Source: Candidatus Methylomirabilia bacterium (GTDB lineage Bacteria > Methylomirabilota > Methylomirabilia > Rokubacteriales > CSP1-6). Taken from it: a stretch of 63,876 nucleotides of DNA. Positions 1 through 11,340 of the stretch are shown here, piece by piece. The translations under genes and the position numbers were made by a program. Position 1 is the stretch's first letter; each line of letters starts with the position of its first letter. Below the pieces are notes generated by a model. It searched no databases, was not told the origin of the DNA, and was given only the letters and a program-made list of their open reading frames with translations. Location: the NCBI GenBank assembly GCA_041492755.1, contig JBGPXN010000005.1, positions 1 through 63,876 of the forward strand. The letters run 5' to 3'.

Positions 1-1
1 C

Positions 2-592
2 GACGACACGCTGAAGCCTGAAGTCGAGGGCGACCTGAACGTCGTCAACTTGTTGAAGGTCGCGCTGAAGAACGAGATCGAGGCGACGGAGATCGCCGCG
101 CGCTGGCTCGTCGGCACCGACGACGTCGACGTGAAGCTCGCCTTCGCTCGGCAGGTGGGCGACGAGGCCAAGCACTACCGGCTGATCGTCGAGCGGTTGC
201 GTGGGCTCGGCGTGGACGCGACGCGCATCGATCCGCTCGCCAAGGGCTACGGGCCGCTCTTCAAGTACCTCGACAGCCTGGCCACGACCGTGGAGCGGGT
301 GGCGGCCGGCCAGTTCACGCGCGAGGCGATCGCCGTGGTCAAGAACCGCCAGTTCATCGAGTTTTGCGAGCACGCCGGGGACCGTGAGACGGCCACGCTC
401 TACCGTGACGTCATCGAGCCCGACGAGCGGTATCACCACGAGCTCGGGCGGAAGCTCCTGTTGCGCCTCGCCACCACCCCGGACGCTCAGGCGGCGGCCG
501 CCGCGGCCGCGGGGAAAACACTGGAGCTGGCGGAGGAGCTGCAGCGCGCCGCCCTCGCCGGCGCCGGCATCCATCACGCCCCGGGCTGCTGA
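2..592 (+). CDS. Ferritin-like domain protein (5'-truncated by the window edge)
   Basis: Frame is open from position 2. Di-iron-type ExxH motifs: DEAKH and DERYHH in a four-helix-bundle pattern. Confidence 0.75.
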   Translation, partial: DDTLKPEVEGDLNVVNLLKVALKNEIEATEIAARWLVGTDDVDVKLAFARQVGDEAKHYRLIVERLRGLGVDATRIDPLAKGYGPLFKYLDSLATTVERVAAGQFTREAIAVVKNRQFIEFCEHAGDRETATLYRDVIEPDERYHHELGRKLLLRLATTPDAQAAAAAAAGKTLELAEELQRAALAGAGIHHAPGC

Positions 593-614
593 TGGATCCG
601 GCGCGCCGCGCCTG

Positions 615-1436
615 ATGGACCCGGCCCTGCGCGCCTTCGTCGACCTGATGCAGACGCCCGAGGCCGAGATCGACCTCGGCCTGGCCGCGCTCCTGGTGGC
701 GCAGATCGAGCGCCCGGACGTGATCGTCGACCATCATCTCGAGCGCCTCGACGAGCTGGCCGCGCGCTCGGGCGCGGCGGGCGTCGCCGACCCGCTCAAG
801 GCCTTGCACCGCCTGCGCGAGTTCCTGTTCCACGAGGAAGGCTTCCGCGGCAACGCGGCCGAGTACTACGATCCGCTGAACTCGTGCCTCGACGCCGTCC
901 TCGATCGAAAGCTCGGCATCCCCATCACGCTCTCGATTCTGGTGATAGAAGTCGGTCGCCGCGTGAATATCGAGGTCCACGGCATCGGCCTGCCCGGTCA
1001 CTTCGTGGTGACGGCCGCGATGCCGGATGGGCCGGTCCTCCTCGATCCCTTCGACGGCGGCGCCGTGGTCACCCACGAGCGCGCCACCGAGCTGGTGGGC
1101 CGGGCGCTTGGTCGTCGCGTCAAGCTCACGGATGGGCACTTCGCGCCCGTCAGCAAGCGGCAGATCCTGGCCCGCATGCTGGCCAACCTGCGCGGCATCT
1201 ACTTCGAGTGCAGCGAGTGGGGCAAGGCGCTGGCGGTGGTCGAGCGCTTGATCCGGCTCGACGCCGATCCCGCGAACGTCCGTGACCGCGGCACCCTGCT
1301 CGTCAAGCTGGGTGAGCTCTACCGGGGCGCCGCGGACTGGGGACGCTATCTCGACGCCGCCCACGAGCCAAAGGACGCCAAGAAGGTTCGCCAGCAGCTC
1401 CGCCGTGTTCGTGAGCATCTGGCCAGCCTGAACTGA
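615..1436 (+). CDS. SirB1-like transglutaminase-core/TPR protein
   Basis: Motifs YYDPLNSCLDAVLDRKLGIPITLS, GLPGHF, LDPFDGG, ILARMLANL and C-terminal TPR-like RDRG. ATG at 615. Confidence 0.85.
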   Translation: MDPALRAFVDLMQTPEAEIDLGLAALLVAQIERPDVIVDHHLERLDELAARSGAAGVADPLKALHRLREFLFHEEGFRGNAAEYYDPLNSCLDAVLDRKLGIPITLSILVIEVGRRVNIEVHGIGLPGHFVVTAAMPDGPVLLDPFDGGAVVTHERATELVGRALGRRVKLTDGHFAPVSKRQILARMLANLRGIYFECSEWGKALAVVERLIRLDADPANVRDRGTLLVKLGELYRGAADWGRYLDAAHEPKDAKKVRQQLRRVREHLASLN

Positions 1437-1452
1437 CCTCACGCACCCGACG

Positions 1453-1770
1453 GTGAGCCCACGGGTCGGAATCTCGCGGACGGACGTCGTCGGCAGCCTC
1501 CTGCGACCCGCCTACGTGCGCGACGCACGGCAGCGCCGGCGGGAGGGGAAGATCGACGACGGCGAGCTGCGGGGGGTGGAAGACCGCGCGGTCCGCGACG
1601 CTATCGAGTTGCAATTACGACCGGCTGCTGCTGGGTACGTTCCGCTGACCCGGCTCGCGGTCAGCCCGCAGTGTGGCTTCGCGTCCGGGGAGGCCGGCAA
1701 CCCGCTGACTCCCGAAGAGCAGGAGGCCACGCTCCGGCGCGTCGTCGAGGTGGCTCGCCGGATCTGGTGA
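1453..1770 (+). pseudogene. Internally deleted remnant of a cobalamin-independent methionine synthase II family gene
   Basis: The family N-terminus (DVVGSLLRP...EDRAVRDAIELQ) is fused in frame to the family C-terminus (LAVSPQCGFAS...LRRVVEVARRIW). Only 105 aa; the catalytic core is missing. Confidence 0.75.
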
Positions 1771-1787
1771 TCCGCGGCGGCGACCGC

Positions 1788-3062
1788 ATGCGGCTCGGCC
1801 CCGCGCTGGCCTGCCTCACCGTCTCCACCTGCGTGCTCGCCGCGTGCGCCACGGGCATGATCTCCCCGATGGGCGCCGGCGTCCCGCCGTTCACGCCGGA
1901 CGCGGACGAGCGGGCGCTCTGGTCACGTGCGGCGCGCGAGCACACGGTCCTGGCCGAGCGCGCGTGGGTCTATGTCGATCCGCTCCTCGAGGACTATCTG
2001 ACCCGGATCGTGGAGCGACTGCTGCCGGCGTCGGTGAAGGCGGCCGGAGCGCCGGGGCCGAAGCTCGTCGTGCTTGCCGATCCCACGCTCAACGCCTTCG
2101 CGTTGCCCGACGGCCGCATCTATCTCCACACGGGGCTGCTGAGCCGGCTCGAAAACGAGGCGCAACTGGCGGCCGTGCTTGCCCGTGAGCTCATCCACTA
2201 CGTCTATCGACATACGCTCCAGCGGGTCCGCGCCCACGGCGAGGCCGCGGCCCTGGATGTGATCGGTGACGTGGCCCGCGTCGGTGCGTCGGCGGCGGCG
2301 GGTGTCGATGGTATCCGCGAGGACGGCGCGGCCGTGCTGAGCCGCACGGCCCTGGCGATCCTTGGGGGCCGGCTGCAACTCTCGGCGCTCGGCGCGATCG
2401 AGGGCCACGGCTCGCGGCGGGAGCGGCAGGCGGATCGAGAAGGGCTGCGTTGGCTCGCCGCGGCGGGCTGGGATTCGAGTGAGATGCCGCGTGTCTTCGC
2501 GCGCCTGGCCGAGAGCGCGCCCGATGGTGGCCGCATGGAGTTGTTCCGTCTTGGCCGGGTGGCAGCGTTACGGGACCGTGTCGCGAGCGTGCGGTGGTTG
2601 CTCGACGCGCGACCGTCCGGCGTGAGCGCCGCGACCGGCGCCGCGACGGCGAGCGAGGAGTTCGGGGTGAGGCTGCTGCCCGTCGTGCGGGAGAATGCGT
2701 GGCTGGACGTCCGGGCCGGCCGCTTTGTGCTGGCCCGCCGGCAGCTCGATCGCGTGTTGACCGCCAATCCGGCCGATCCGGTGGCGCACGTTTACGATGG
2801 CGACTGGCATCGTCTGCTGGCGCAGCGAACGCGATCGGCGGAGGCGCGGGCCGTCGACGAGGCGCGGGCGCGTGAGCACTACGAGCGCGCGGCCGAGCTC
2901 GACCCGACGTACGCCGAGCCGTTTCGCGGGCTCGGCCTGCTCTACTACCAGGCCAACGACCCCGCGAAGGCCCGCATGGCGTTCGAGCGCTACCTCACGC
3001 TCAAGCCGGACGCGCCCGATGGGCGCCGGATCCGAGAGTACGTCGTCGAGCTGACACGCTAG
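1788..3062 (+). CDS. M48-family (BepA/YfgC-like) lipoprotein peptidase homologue with TPR C-terminus; zinc motif altered to RExxH
   Basis: Lipobox VLAAC, NAFALPDGRIYLHTGLL, LAAVLARELIH, ERQAD, C-terminal TPR repeats. Confidence 0.85.
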   Translation: MRLGPALACLTVSTCVLAACATGMISPMGAGVPPFTPDADERALWSRAAREHTVLAERAWVYVDPLLEDYLTRIVERLLPASVKAAGAPGPKLVVLADPTLNAFALPDGRIYLHTGLLSRLENEAQLAAVLARELIHYVYRHTLQRVRAHGEAAALDVIGDVARVGASAAAGVDGIREDGAAVLSRTALAILGGRLQLSALGAIEGHGSRRERQADREGLRWLAAAGWDSSEMPRVFARLAESAPDGGRMELFRLGRVAALRDRVASVRWLLDARPSGVSAATGAATASEEFGVRLLPVVRENAWLDVRAGRFVLARRQLDRVLTANPADPVAHVYDGDWHRLLAQRTRSAEARAVDEARAREHYERAAELDPTYAEPFRGLGLLYYQANDPAKARMAFERYLTLKPDAPDGRRIREYVVELTR

Positions 3063-3118
3063 AGTAATGGCTCACGACGCCACGCGCGCAGGCTTGTCCC
3101 CGCGTCCCGCGTAATCGA

Positions 3119-3523
3119 TCAGCCGGCGGCGCGCAGGCGATCGATGAGGTGCTGGTCGGCGGGCGGGAAGTCGTAGTCGGCGAGTCGTGCGGGCTCCACC
3201 CAGTCGAGGGCGGCGCACTCGAGGAGCTGGAGCGTTCCGCCGGTGATCCGGCAGCGGTAGAAGTGCAGGACCACGGTCTTTTCCCCATACTCCCACCGGA
3301 CGGTGTCCACCTTCTCGCCGACCGCGACGTCGATACCCAGCTCTTCGCGGAGCTCGCGGGCCAGGCAACCTTGAAGCGTCTCGCCGGCCTCGCGCTTGCC
3401 ACCGGGAAACTCCCAGCGGCCGGCCAGATGCGTGTCGGCGAGTCGCTGCGTGATCAGATATCGTCCGCCCGCGTCGCGCACGAGGGCAGCGGCCACCTCG
3501 ACGACCTGCGCCGGCTGCGTCAT
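3119..3523 (-). CDS. mutT: NUDIX (d)NTP pyrophosphohydrolase, MutT-like
   Basis: Nudix box WEFPGGKREAGETLQGCLARELREELG. ATG at 3523 overlaps the mutY stop. Confidence 0.85.
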   Translation of the reverse strand: MTQPAQVVEVAAALVRDAGGRYLITQRLADTHLAGRWEFPGGKREAGETLQGCLARELREELGIDVAVGEKVDTVRWEYGEKTVVLHFYRCRITGGTLQLLECAALDWVEPARLADYDFPPADQHLIDRLRAAG

Positions 3524-4278
3524 CGGTGTTTCGTGCGGGCGCGTTTGAGGGTGATGCGCCCGGCGCGGGGGAGCTCGGCGGGGAGGCCGCGGGCGCTGGT
3601 GCGGTTCGCTCCGACGCCTTTCGTCACGAGCGTCGGATACGTGCGACATAGGCCACGGAGCGGACACTGCGGACAGCGCGGCTGCCGCGGCGTGCACCAC
3701 GTGGCGCCGAAGTCCATGAGCGCCTGGTTGTAGTCGTAGGCGCTTCCGGCCGGCACCAGCGCGGTCGAGAGATCCCACAGCGCCTTCTCGCCCCGGACCC
3801 GCCGCCGCGGACCCACGAACACGCGGGTGAGCACCCGGCGGACGTTCGTGTCGAGGATCGCGGCGTCCCGGCCATACGCGAAGGAGAGGATGGCGCCGGC
3901 GGTGTAGCGGCCGATGCCGGGCAGGCGACGCAGGTCCGCGTCGTTGTCCGGGAGCTGGCCGCCGTAGCGGGCCAGCGCTTCGCGGGCGATCTGGTGCAGA
4001 CGGACGGGCCGGATGTTGTAGCCCAGCGGGTACCAGAGACGGCGAACGTCCTCGACCTCGGCACCGGCCAGACTCTCCAGCGTCGGGTAGCGGGTCAGGA
4101 ATTCGTGGTACTTCGGCGTCACGCGGTCCACCTGGGTCTGCTGCAGCATGATCTCGGAGACGAGCACGCGGTAGGGATCACGCGTCCGCCGCCACGGCAG
4201 GTCGCGGCCGTGGGTCGCGTACCAGGCGAGCAGCCGCCGCTGGAAGCGTCGCGCCAGGCGCGGGTCGGGTGCGCGCAC
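3520..4278 (-). CDS. mutY: A/G-specific adenine glycosylase (HhH-GPD with 4Fe-4S cluster), start approximate
   Basis: LPWRRTRDPYRVLVSEIMLQQTQV, HhH LPGIGRYTAGA, DTNV, CTPRQPRCPQCPLRGLC. Confidence 0.9.
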   Translation of the reverse strand: MRAPDPRLARRFQRRLLAWYATHGRDLPWRRTRDPYRVLVSEIMLQQTQVDRVTPKYHEFLTRYPTLESLAGAEVEDVRRLWYPLGYNIRPVRLHQIAREALARYGGQLPDNDADLRRLPGIGRYTAGAILSFAYGRDAAILDTNVRRVLTRVFVGPRRRVRGEKALWDLSTALVPAGSAYDYNQALMDFGATWCTPRQPRCPQCPLRGLCRTYPTLVTKGVGANRTSARGLPAELPRAGRITLKRARTKHR

Positions 4279-4369
4279 GCCGCGCAGTCTAGCACCGGCC
4301 TCCGCGCCGACGCCACGCGCCGTCTGGATCCGCCGTGCCCGTCGGCCGTTCTGTCCCGAGCGCGGGGGG

Positions 4370-4375
4370 TACAAT
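4370..4375 (+). promoter_or_regulatory. Putative -10 box (TACAAT) 6 nt before the ATG, suggesting leaderless transcription
   Basis: TACAAT-aaccgc-ATG, with no Shine-Dalgarno sequence. Confidence 0.45.
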
Positions 4376-4381
4376 AACCGC

Positions 4382-5446
4382 ATGCCCGACCGATATCCGC
4401 TCCACGAGCTCCACGCGGCCGCCGGCGCCCGATTCGTCGCGCCCTGCGGCATCGATCTGCCCATCGACTACGGTGATCCCGCCGCCGAGTACGCCAGCGT
4501 GCGTCGGGCCGCTGGATTGATCGATCGCGGACCAGTAGGACTGCTCGAGGTCACCGGCAAGGACCGCGCGTCGTTCCTGCACGCGATGCTGAGCAACGAC
4601 GTGAAGTCGCTCACCCCGGGCCAGGGGTGCGCGGCCGCGTTCCTCGACGTTCACGGCAAGGTGCAGGTGTTGCTCCGGGTGCTCGTGCTCGAGGATCGCA
4701 TCTTCGTCGTCACGCCGATCGGCATGGCCGCGGACACCATGGAAGCGCTCGACAAGTTCCTGTTCTCGGAGAAGGCGTACTTCCGCGACGCCACCGGCGA
4801 GCTCGCATTGCTGGTGCTGGCCGGGCCGGAAGCGCCGGCGCTGGCGGAACGACTCACGGGTCAGCATCCGCCGGAACACGCATGGGCACACGTGGCCGCC
4901 CGGGTTGGGGACGACGAGGTTCGCTTGGTGCGCGGTGGCGGCGAGATCGATGAGCCGGAGGTGTGGATGCTGACCGCGGCCGGTGCTCGCGTGTGGTCGG
5001 CCGTGCGCGCCGCCGGCGTGCCGGTGGTCGGGGTGACGGCGCAGGAGTCGCTGCGCATCGAGGCGGGCACGCCGATCTATCATCACGACGTCGACGCCAG
5101 CGTGCTGTTGCCGGAAATCCCCCTCGACCCGTTCGTGTCGTACACCAAGGGCTGCTACATCGGTCAGGAGCTCGTGGTTCGCGTTCGCGACCGCGGCCAC
5201 GTCACCCGCCACCTCCGCGGCCTCGTCATGGAAGGCGAGGAGGTCCCGGCACCCGGTGCGTCGATTTTGGCCGACGGCGCCGAGATCGGTCGCCTCACGA
5301 GCACGACGTTTTCTTACGGCCTCGGACGTCCGATCGGGCTCGGCTTCGTCCGACGCCAGCAGTCCGAGCCCGGCACGAAGCTGACGGTGCGCGACGGAGA
5401 ACGACTGCTGCCGGCGTCGGTGTCGGCCCTGCCGTTCCCGCGCTGA
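4382..5446 (+). CDS. ygfZ: YgfZ/GcvT-family folate-binding protein
   Basis: Signature [10 protein letters not shown]; GcvT-like N-terminus [16 protein letters not shown]. Confidence 0.8.
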   Translation: MPDRYPLHELHAAAGARFVAPCGIDLPIDYGDPAAEYASVRRAAGLIDRGPVGLLEVTGKDRASFLHAMLSNDVKSLTPGQGCAAAFLDVHGKVQVLLRVLVLEDRIFVVTPIGMAADTMEALDKFLFSEKAYFRDATGELALLVLAGPEAPALAERLTGQHPPEHAWAHVAARVGDDEVRLVRGGGEIDEPEVWMLTAAGARVWSAVRAAGVPVVGVTAQESLRIEAGTPIYHHDVDASVLLPEIPLDPFVSYTKGCYIGQELVVRVRDRGHVTRHLRGLVMEGEEVPAPGASILADGAEIGRLTSTTFSYGLGRPIGLGFVRRQQSEPGTKLTVRDGERLLPASVSALPFPR

Positions 5447-5469
5447 GCACCCGGACCGGAGAACGACCC

Positions 5470-7476
<2,007 letters not shown>

Positions 7477-7554
7477 GGGCTCCGACGATCGCCGGGTGAC
7501 GTCGCCGACCGTGGACATTGACGGCGGGGAGACTACCGCGTCATTCTCGGCCTG

Positions 7555-8130
7555 ATGGCAACTCCAGTCGTCCGAACGCGTCGATGGACCCGGAAGGAGT
7601 ACGACCGCCTGATCGATCTCGACGTCTTCAAGCCCGGAGAGCATCTCGAGCTGCTCGATGGAGTGCTCGTCGTCGGCGAGCCACAGAACCCGCTGCATGC
7701 GACGACGATCGGCCTCGTTGCGGAGGTGCTCCGGCGGACTTTCGGGGCGGGCTGGGAAGTACGGGAAGAGAAGCCGGTTGCGCTCGACGGTAACTCCGAG
7801 CCGGAGCCAGATGTTTCGGTCGTCCGGGGCTCGCATCGCGACTACGTGCGTGCACACCCGCGGCGGCCGGTTCTGGTCGTCGAAGTCTCCGACAGTACCC
7901 TGACGTCCGATCGGCGAAAGGGCGGCCTCTACGCTCGCGGACAGGTAAGGGACTACTGGATCGTCAATCCGCGGGCGCGGATGCTCGAGGTGTATCGGCG
8001 ACGGCGGCGTGCACCGGTCGCACGCTTCGGCTGGGAATATACCGAGATTCAGATCCTGACGGCCGATCAGGCCGTTACCCCGCTGGCCGCCCCGGGTGCC
8101 GCCATCCCCGTCGCCGACCTCTTGCCATAG
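7555..8130 (+). CDS. Uma2-family (DUF820) putative restriction endonuclease
   Basis: ELLDG, SEPEPDVSVV, LVVEVSDSTL..DR, YWIVNP. Confidence 0.9.
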   Translation: MATPVVRTRRWTRKEYDRLIDLDVFKPGEHLELLDGVLVVGEPQNPLHATTIGLVAEVLRRTFGAGWEVREEKPVALDGNSEPEPDVSVVRGSHRDYVRAHPRRPVLVVEVSDSTLTSDRRKGGLYARGQVRDYWIVNPRARMLEVYRRRRRAPVARFGWEYTEIQILTADQAVTPLAAPGAAIPVADLLP

Positions 8131-8149
8131 GGGTATACTTTGGCCAGTC

Positions 8150-8238
8150 GACGTGGGGGGAGGATTCCTGAGAACCGGGTGCGGCCCGGGACCCCTCGAA
8201 CCTGATCTGGATAATCCCAGCGAAGGGAACACGGCGAC
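8150..8238 (+). ncRNA. TPP (THI-box) riboswitch aptamer
   Basis: Conserved CTGAGA...CCCTCGAACCTGATCTGGATAATCCCAGCGAAGGGA immediately upstream of thiSGE. Confidence 0.93.
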
Positions 8239-8246
8239 GGTGAGTT

Positions 8247-8276
8247 GGCCGCACCCACACGGGCGCGGCCTTTTTT
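8247..8276 (+). terminator. Intrinsic terminator, the expression platform of the TPP riboswitch
   Basis: GGCCGC-a-CCC-acac-GGG-c-GCGGCC followed by TTTTTT. Confidence 0.85.
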
Positions 8277-8316
8277 GTCTGCCGCGCGCGGCGGAGATGG
8301 CGGGCGCGAGACCAGG

Positions 8317-8517
8317 ATGACGATCACGGTCAACGGTCAATCCATGGAGGTCGCCGACGGCGTCAGCGTGGAAGCGCTGCTCACGCAGCTCGGGGTGCCG
8401 CGACGGTTCACGGCGGTGGCGGTGAACCGTGAGGTGATGCCCCGCGGCGATTACGAGTCGGCCGCGCTGCGACCGGGTGACCGCGTGGAGATCGTGCGAC
8501 CCATGGGAGGAGGCTAG
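8317..8517 (+). CDS. thiS: Sulfur carrier protein ThiS
   Basis: 66 aa, VAVNREV...[13 protein letters not shown] with C-terminal GG. Confidence 0.93.
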   Translation: MTITVNGQSMEVADGVSVEALLTQLGVPRRFTAVAVNREVMPRGDYESAALRPGDRVEIVRPMGGG

Positions 8518-8519
8518 CA

Positions 8520-9305
8520 ATGTACGACACGAATCTGGTCATTGGCGGCAAGGACTTCACGTCCCGGCTCATCGTCGGCACGGGCAAGTACTCCTCGAAC
8601 GACGTCATGCGGCAGGCGCTCGAGGAATCCGGCGCCGAGGTGGTGACGGTCGCCGTGCGACGGGTGAGCTTGCCCGGCAAGGGCGAGTCGATCCTGGACT
8701 TCATCGACACCACGCGGTTCACGCTCCTGCCCAACACGGCGGGCTGCTACACGGCCGACGAGGCCGTCCGCACCGCGTACCTCGCGCGGGAGGCCGGCAT
8801 GGGCGAGCTGATCAAGCTCGAGGTGATCGGCGACGCGCGCACGCTCTTCCCCGACGTGGCCGGGCTCCTGGAAGCCACCAAGACGCTGGCCCGCGAAGGC
8901 TTCACCGTCATGCCGTACACCAACGACGATCCCGTCATGGCCAAGCGGCTGGAAGAGGCCGGCGCGGCCGTGGTGATGCCGCTGGGCGCGCCCATCGGCT
9001 CCGGGCTCGGCATCCGCAACCCGTACAACATCAAGATCATCCTCGAGACCGTGTCAGTGCCCGTCATCGTCGACGCCGGGGTGGGCACCGCGTCCGACGC
9101 CGCCATCGCCATGGAGCTCGGCTGCGACGGCGTGCTGATGAACACCGCGATCGCTTCGTCGGGTGATCCGGTGGCCATGGCCAAGGCGATGCGGCTGGCC
9201 GTGCAGGCGGGCCGGCTCGCCTACAAGGCCGGGCGGATGTCGAAGAAGCTCTACGCCACCGCGTCGTCCCCGCTCGAGGGCGTACCGGATTGGACGACGA
9301 GCTGA
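8520..9305 (+). CDS. thiG: Thiazole synthase
   Basis: [47 protein letters not shown]. Confidence 0.97.
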   Translation: MYDTNLVIGGKDFTSRLIVGTGKYSSNDVMRQALEESGAEVVTVAVRRVSLPGKGESILDFIDTTRFTLLPNTAGCYTADEAVRTAYLAREAGMGELIKLEVIGDARTLFPDVAGLLEATKTLAREGFTVMPYTNDDPVMAKRLEEAGAAVVMPLGAPIGSGLGIRNPYNIKIILETVSVPVIVDAGVGTASDAAIAMELGCDGVLMNTAIASSGDPVAMAKAMRLAVQAGRLAYKAGRMSKKLYATASSPLEGVPDWTTS

Positions 9306-9913
9306 GGCTGTGCCTCGTCACCGACCGCTCCCAGGTCCCCGACCGGGACCTCGTCGACGTCGTGCGAGACTGCCTGGCCGCGGGCCTGCCCGCCGTCCAG
9401 GTGCGCGAGAAGGATCTCGGCGTCATTGACCTCGTGACGCTCTGCCGGCGCCTGCGCGAGCCCACGCGCGAGCACGGCGCGCTCCTGATCGTCAACGATC
9501 GCGCCGACGTCGCCCTCGCCGCCGGCGCCGACGGCGTTCAGCGGACGCATGCCTCGCTGGCCGTCGCCGACCTCCGCGCGGTGGCGGACAAGCGTTTACG
9601 GATCGGTGCGTCCGTGCACAGCCTGCAAGACGCGCGGGCCGCCGAGGCCGCCGGCGCCGACTGGCTCTTCTTCGGTCCGGTCTACGACACGCCGTCGAAA
9701 CGGCGCTTCGGCGCGCCACAAGGACTGGCCGCGCTCGCGCGCGTGGCCGAGGCCGTGCGCGTCCCCGTCATCGCCATCGGTGGGATCACGCCGGAACGGG
9801 TGGGCGAGGTGCGGCGCGCGGGAGCCAGCGGCGTGGCGGTGATCACCGCGTTGCTGCGGGCGGCGTCGCCGGCCGATGCGACGCGCCGGTTCCTGGACGA
9901 GCTGGCGCGATGA
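9290..9913 (+). CDS. thiE: Thiamine phosphate synthase
   Basis: [36 protein letters not shown]. Confidence 0.92.
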   Translation: MDDELRLCLVTDRSQVPDRDLVDVVRDCLAAGLPAVQVREKDLGVIDLVTLCRRLREPTREHGALLIVNDRADVALAAGADGVQRTHASLAVADLRAVADKRLRIGASVHSLQDARAAEAAGADWLFFGPVYDTPSKRRFGAPQGLAALARVAEAVRVPVIAIGGITPERVGEVRRAGASGVAVITALLRAASPADATRRFLDELAR

Positions 9914-9950
9914 AGCTCACTCCGGATAGCCTTCTGAAAGGCGACCGAGA

Positions 9951-11279
9951 ATGACCAAGGACGAGCTGAAGCAGCGCGTGTACGAGGCCATCGACCGCCG
10001 CGCCGAAGAGATCATCGGACTGGGCGAGCAGATCCGCCGCCACCCCGAGCTCGGGTTCAAGGAGGTCAAGACCGCCCGGCTCGTGGAGGACACGTTCAGC
10101 AAGCTCGGACTGGCGCCGAAAACCGGCCTGGCCATGACTGGCGTCCGCGCCGACGCGGCCGGGCGGGGCGGCGATGGCCCGACGTTCGCGCTGCTCGGAG
10201 AGCTCGATGCGCTGATCGTGGTCGGCCACCCGGAGGCGGATGCCACCACCGGCGCCGCGCACGCCTGTGGGCACAACGCGCAGATCGCCGGGCTGCTCGG
10301 CGCGGCGATGGGCCTGCTGGACAGCCGCGCGCTCGACCACCTCGCCGGGCGCGTGGTGTTCTTTGCGGTCCCGGCCGAGGAATACGGCGACATCGAATGG
10401 CGGGTGGCGCAGGCTCGGCAGGGCAAGCTCGAATTCCTCGGCGGCAAGCCCGAGCTCATGAAGCTGGGCCACTTCGACGACGTCGATCTGTCCATGATGA
10501 TCCACGCGACGCCGCGCCCGGAGGACGGCAAGGCGGGCGTGCCGGCGTCGAACAACGGCTGCGTGGTGAAGACCGTGCGCTACATCGGGCGCGCCGCGCA
10601 CGCCGGCGGCGCCCCCCACCTGGGCATCAACGCGCTTTACGCCGCCCAGATCGGCCTCATGGCCATCAACGCCGTCCGCGAGACCTTCCGGGACGAGGAC
10701 ACCATCCGCGTGCATCCGATCATCACCCACGGCGGCTCGCAGGTGAACGTGATCCCCGGCGAAGTGCGGATCGAGACGTACGTGCGCGGCCGCACGGTCG
10801 AGGCCATCCTCGACGCCAACAAGAAGGTGGATCGCGCGCTGCGCGCGGGCGCGCTGGCGCTCGGCGCCAAGGTCGAGATCGAAACGCTGCCCGGCTACCT
10901 GCCGATGACGTGCGACGCCATCATGGCCGAGCGCTTCCGCACGATCGCCGAGCGGCTGGTCGGCGCCGAGCACTACCGGCAGATCGGGCATCGCACCGGC
11001 TCGACCGACATGGGCGATCTCAGCCAGGTCATGCCGATCCTGCATCCGTACGTCGGCGGCGCCCAGGGCACCGGCCACGGCGCGGACTTCCAGATCGTCG
11101 ACAAGCCGCTCGCCTACGTCACCCCCGCCAAGGCGCTCGCCGCGATGGCCATCGACATGCTGGCCGACGGCGCCACCGGCGCGCGCGAGGTGCTGGCGAA
11201 GGCCAGGCCGCCGCTCACCCGCGCCGCCTACTTCAAGCTGCAGCGGTCCATCGCCGCCCACGAAGTCTGGGAGGGCTGA
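9951..11279 (+). CDS. M20-family amidohydrolase (AbgB/ACY1L2-like)
   Basis: HPELGFKE, GELDAL, HACGHN, PAEE, GSTDMGD. Confidence 0.88.
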   Translation: MTKDELKQRVYEAIDRRAEEIIGLGEQIRRHPELGFKEVKTARLVEDTFSKLGLAPKTGLAMTGVRADAAGRGGDGPTFALLGELDALIVVGHPEADATTGAAHACGHNAQIAGLLGAAMGLLDSRALDHLAGRVVFFAVPAEEYGDIEWRVAQARQGKLEFLGGKPELMKLGHFDDVDLSMMIHATPRPEDGKAGVPASNNGCVVKTVRYIGRAAHAGGAPHLGINALYAAQIGLMAINAVRETFRDEDTIRVHPIITHGGSQVNVIPGEVRIETYVRGRTVEAILDANKKVDRALRAGALALGAKVEIETLPGYLPMTCDAIMAERFRTIAERLVGAEHYRQIGHRTGSTDMGDLSQVMPILHPYVGGAQGTGHGADFQIVDKPLAYVTPAKALAAMAIDMLADGATGAREVLAKARPPLTRAAYFKLQRSIAAHEVWEG

Positions 11280-11340
11280 GGCCGTGTTAGTTCCCGGGTG
11301 TCGGCGGGTAGCAGCGCTCGCTGCCCCCGACCCTCGATAG

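Noticed and set aside
11280-11340. Cobalamin riboswitch upstream of the BtuF-like gene
   Set aside because: The gap is only ~60 bp and contains no B12-box.
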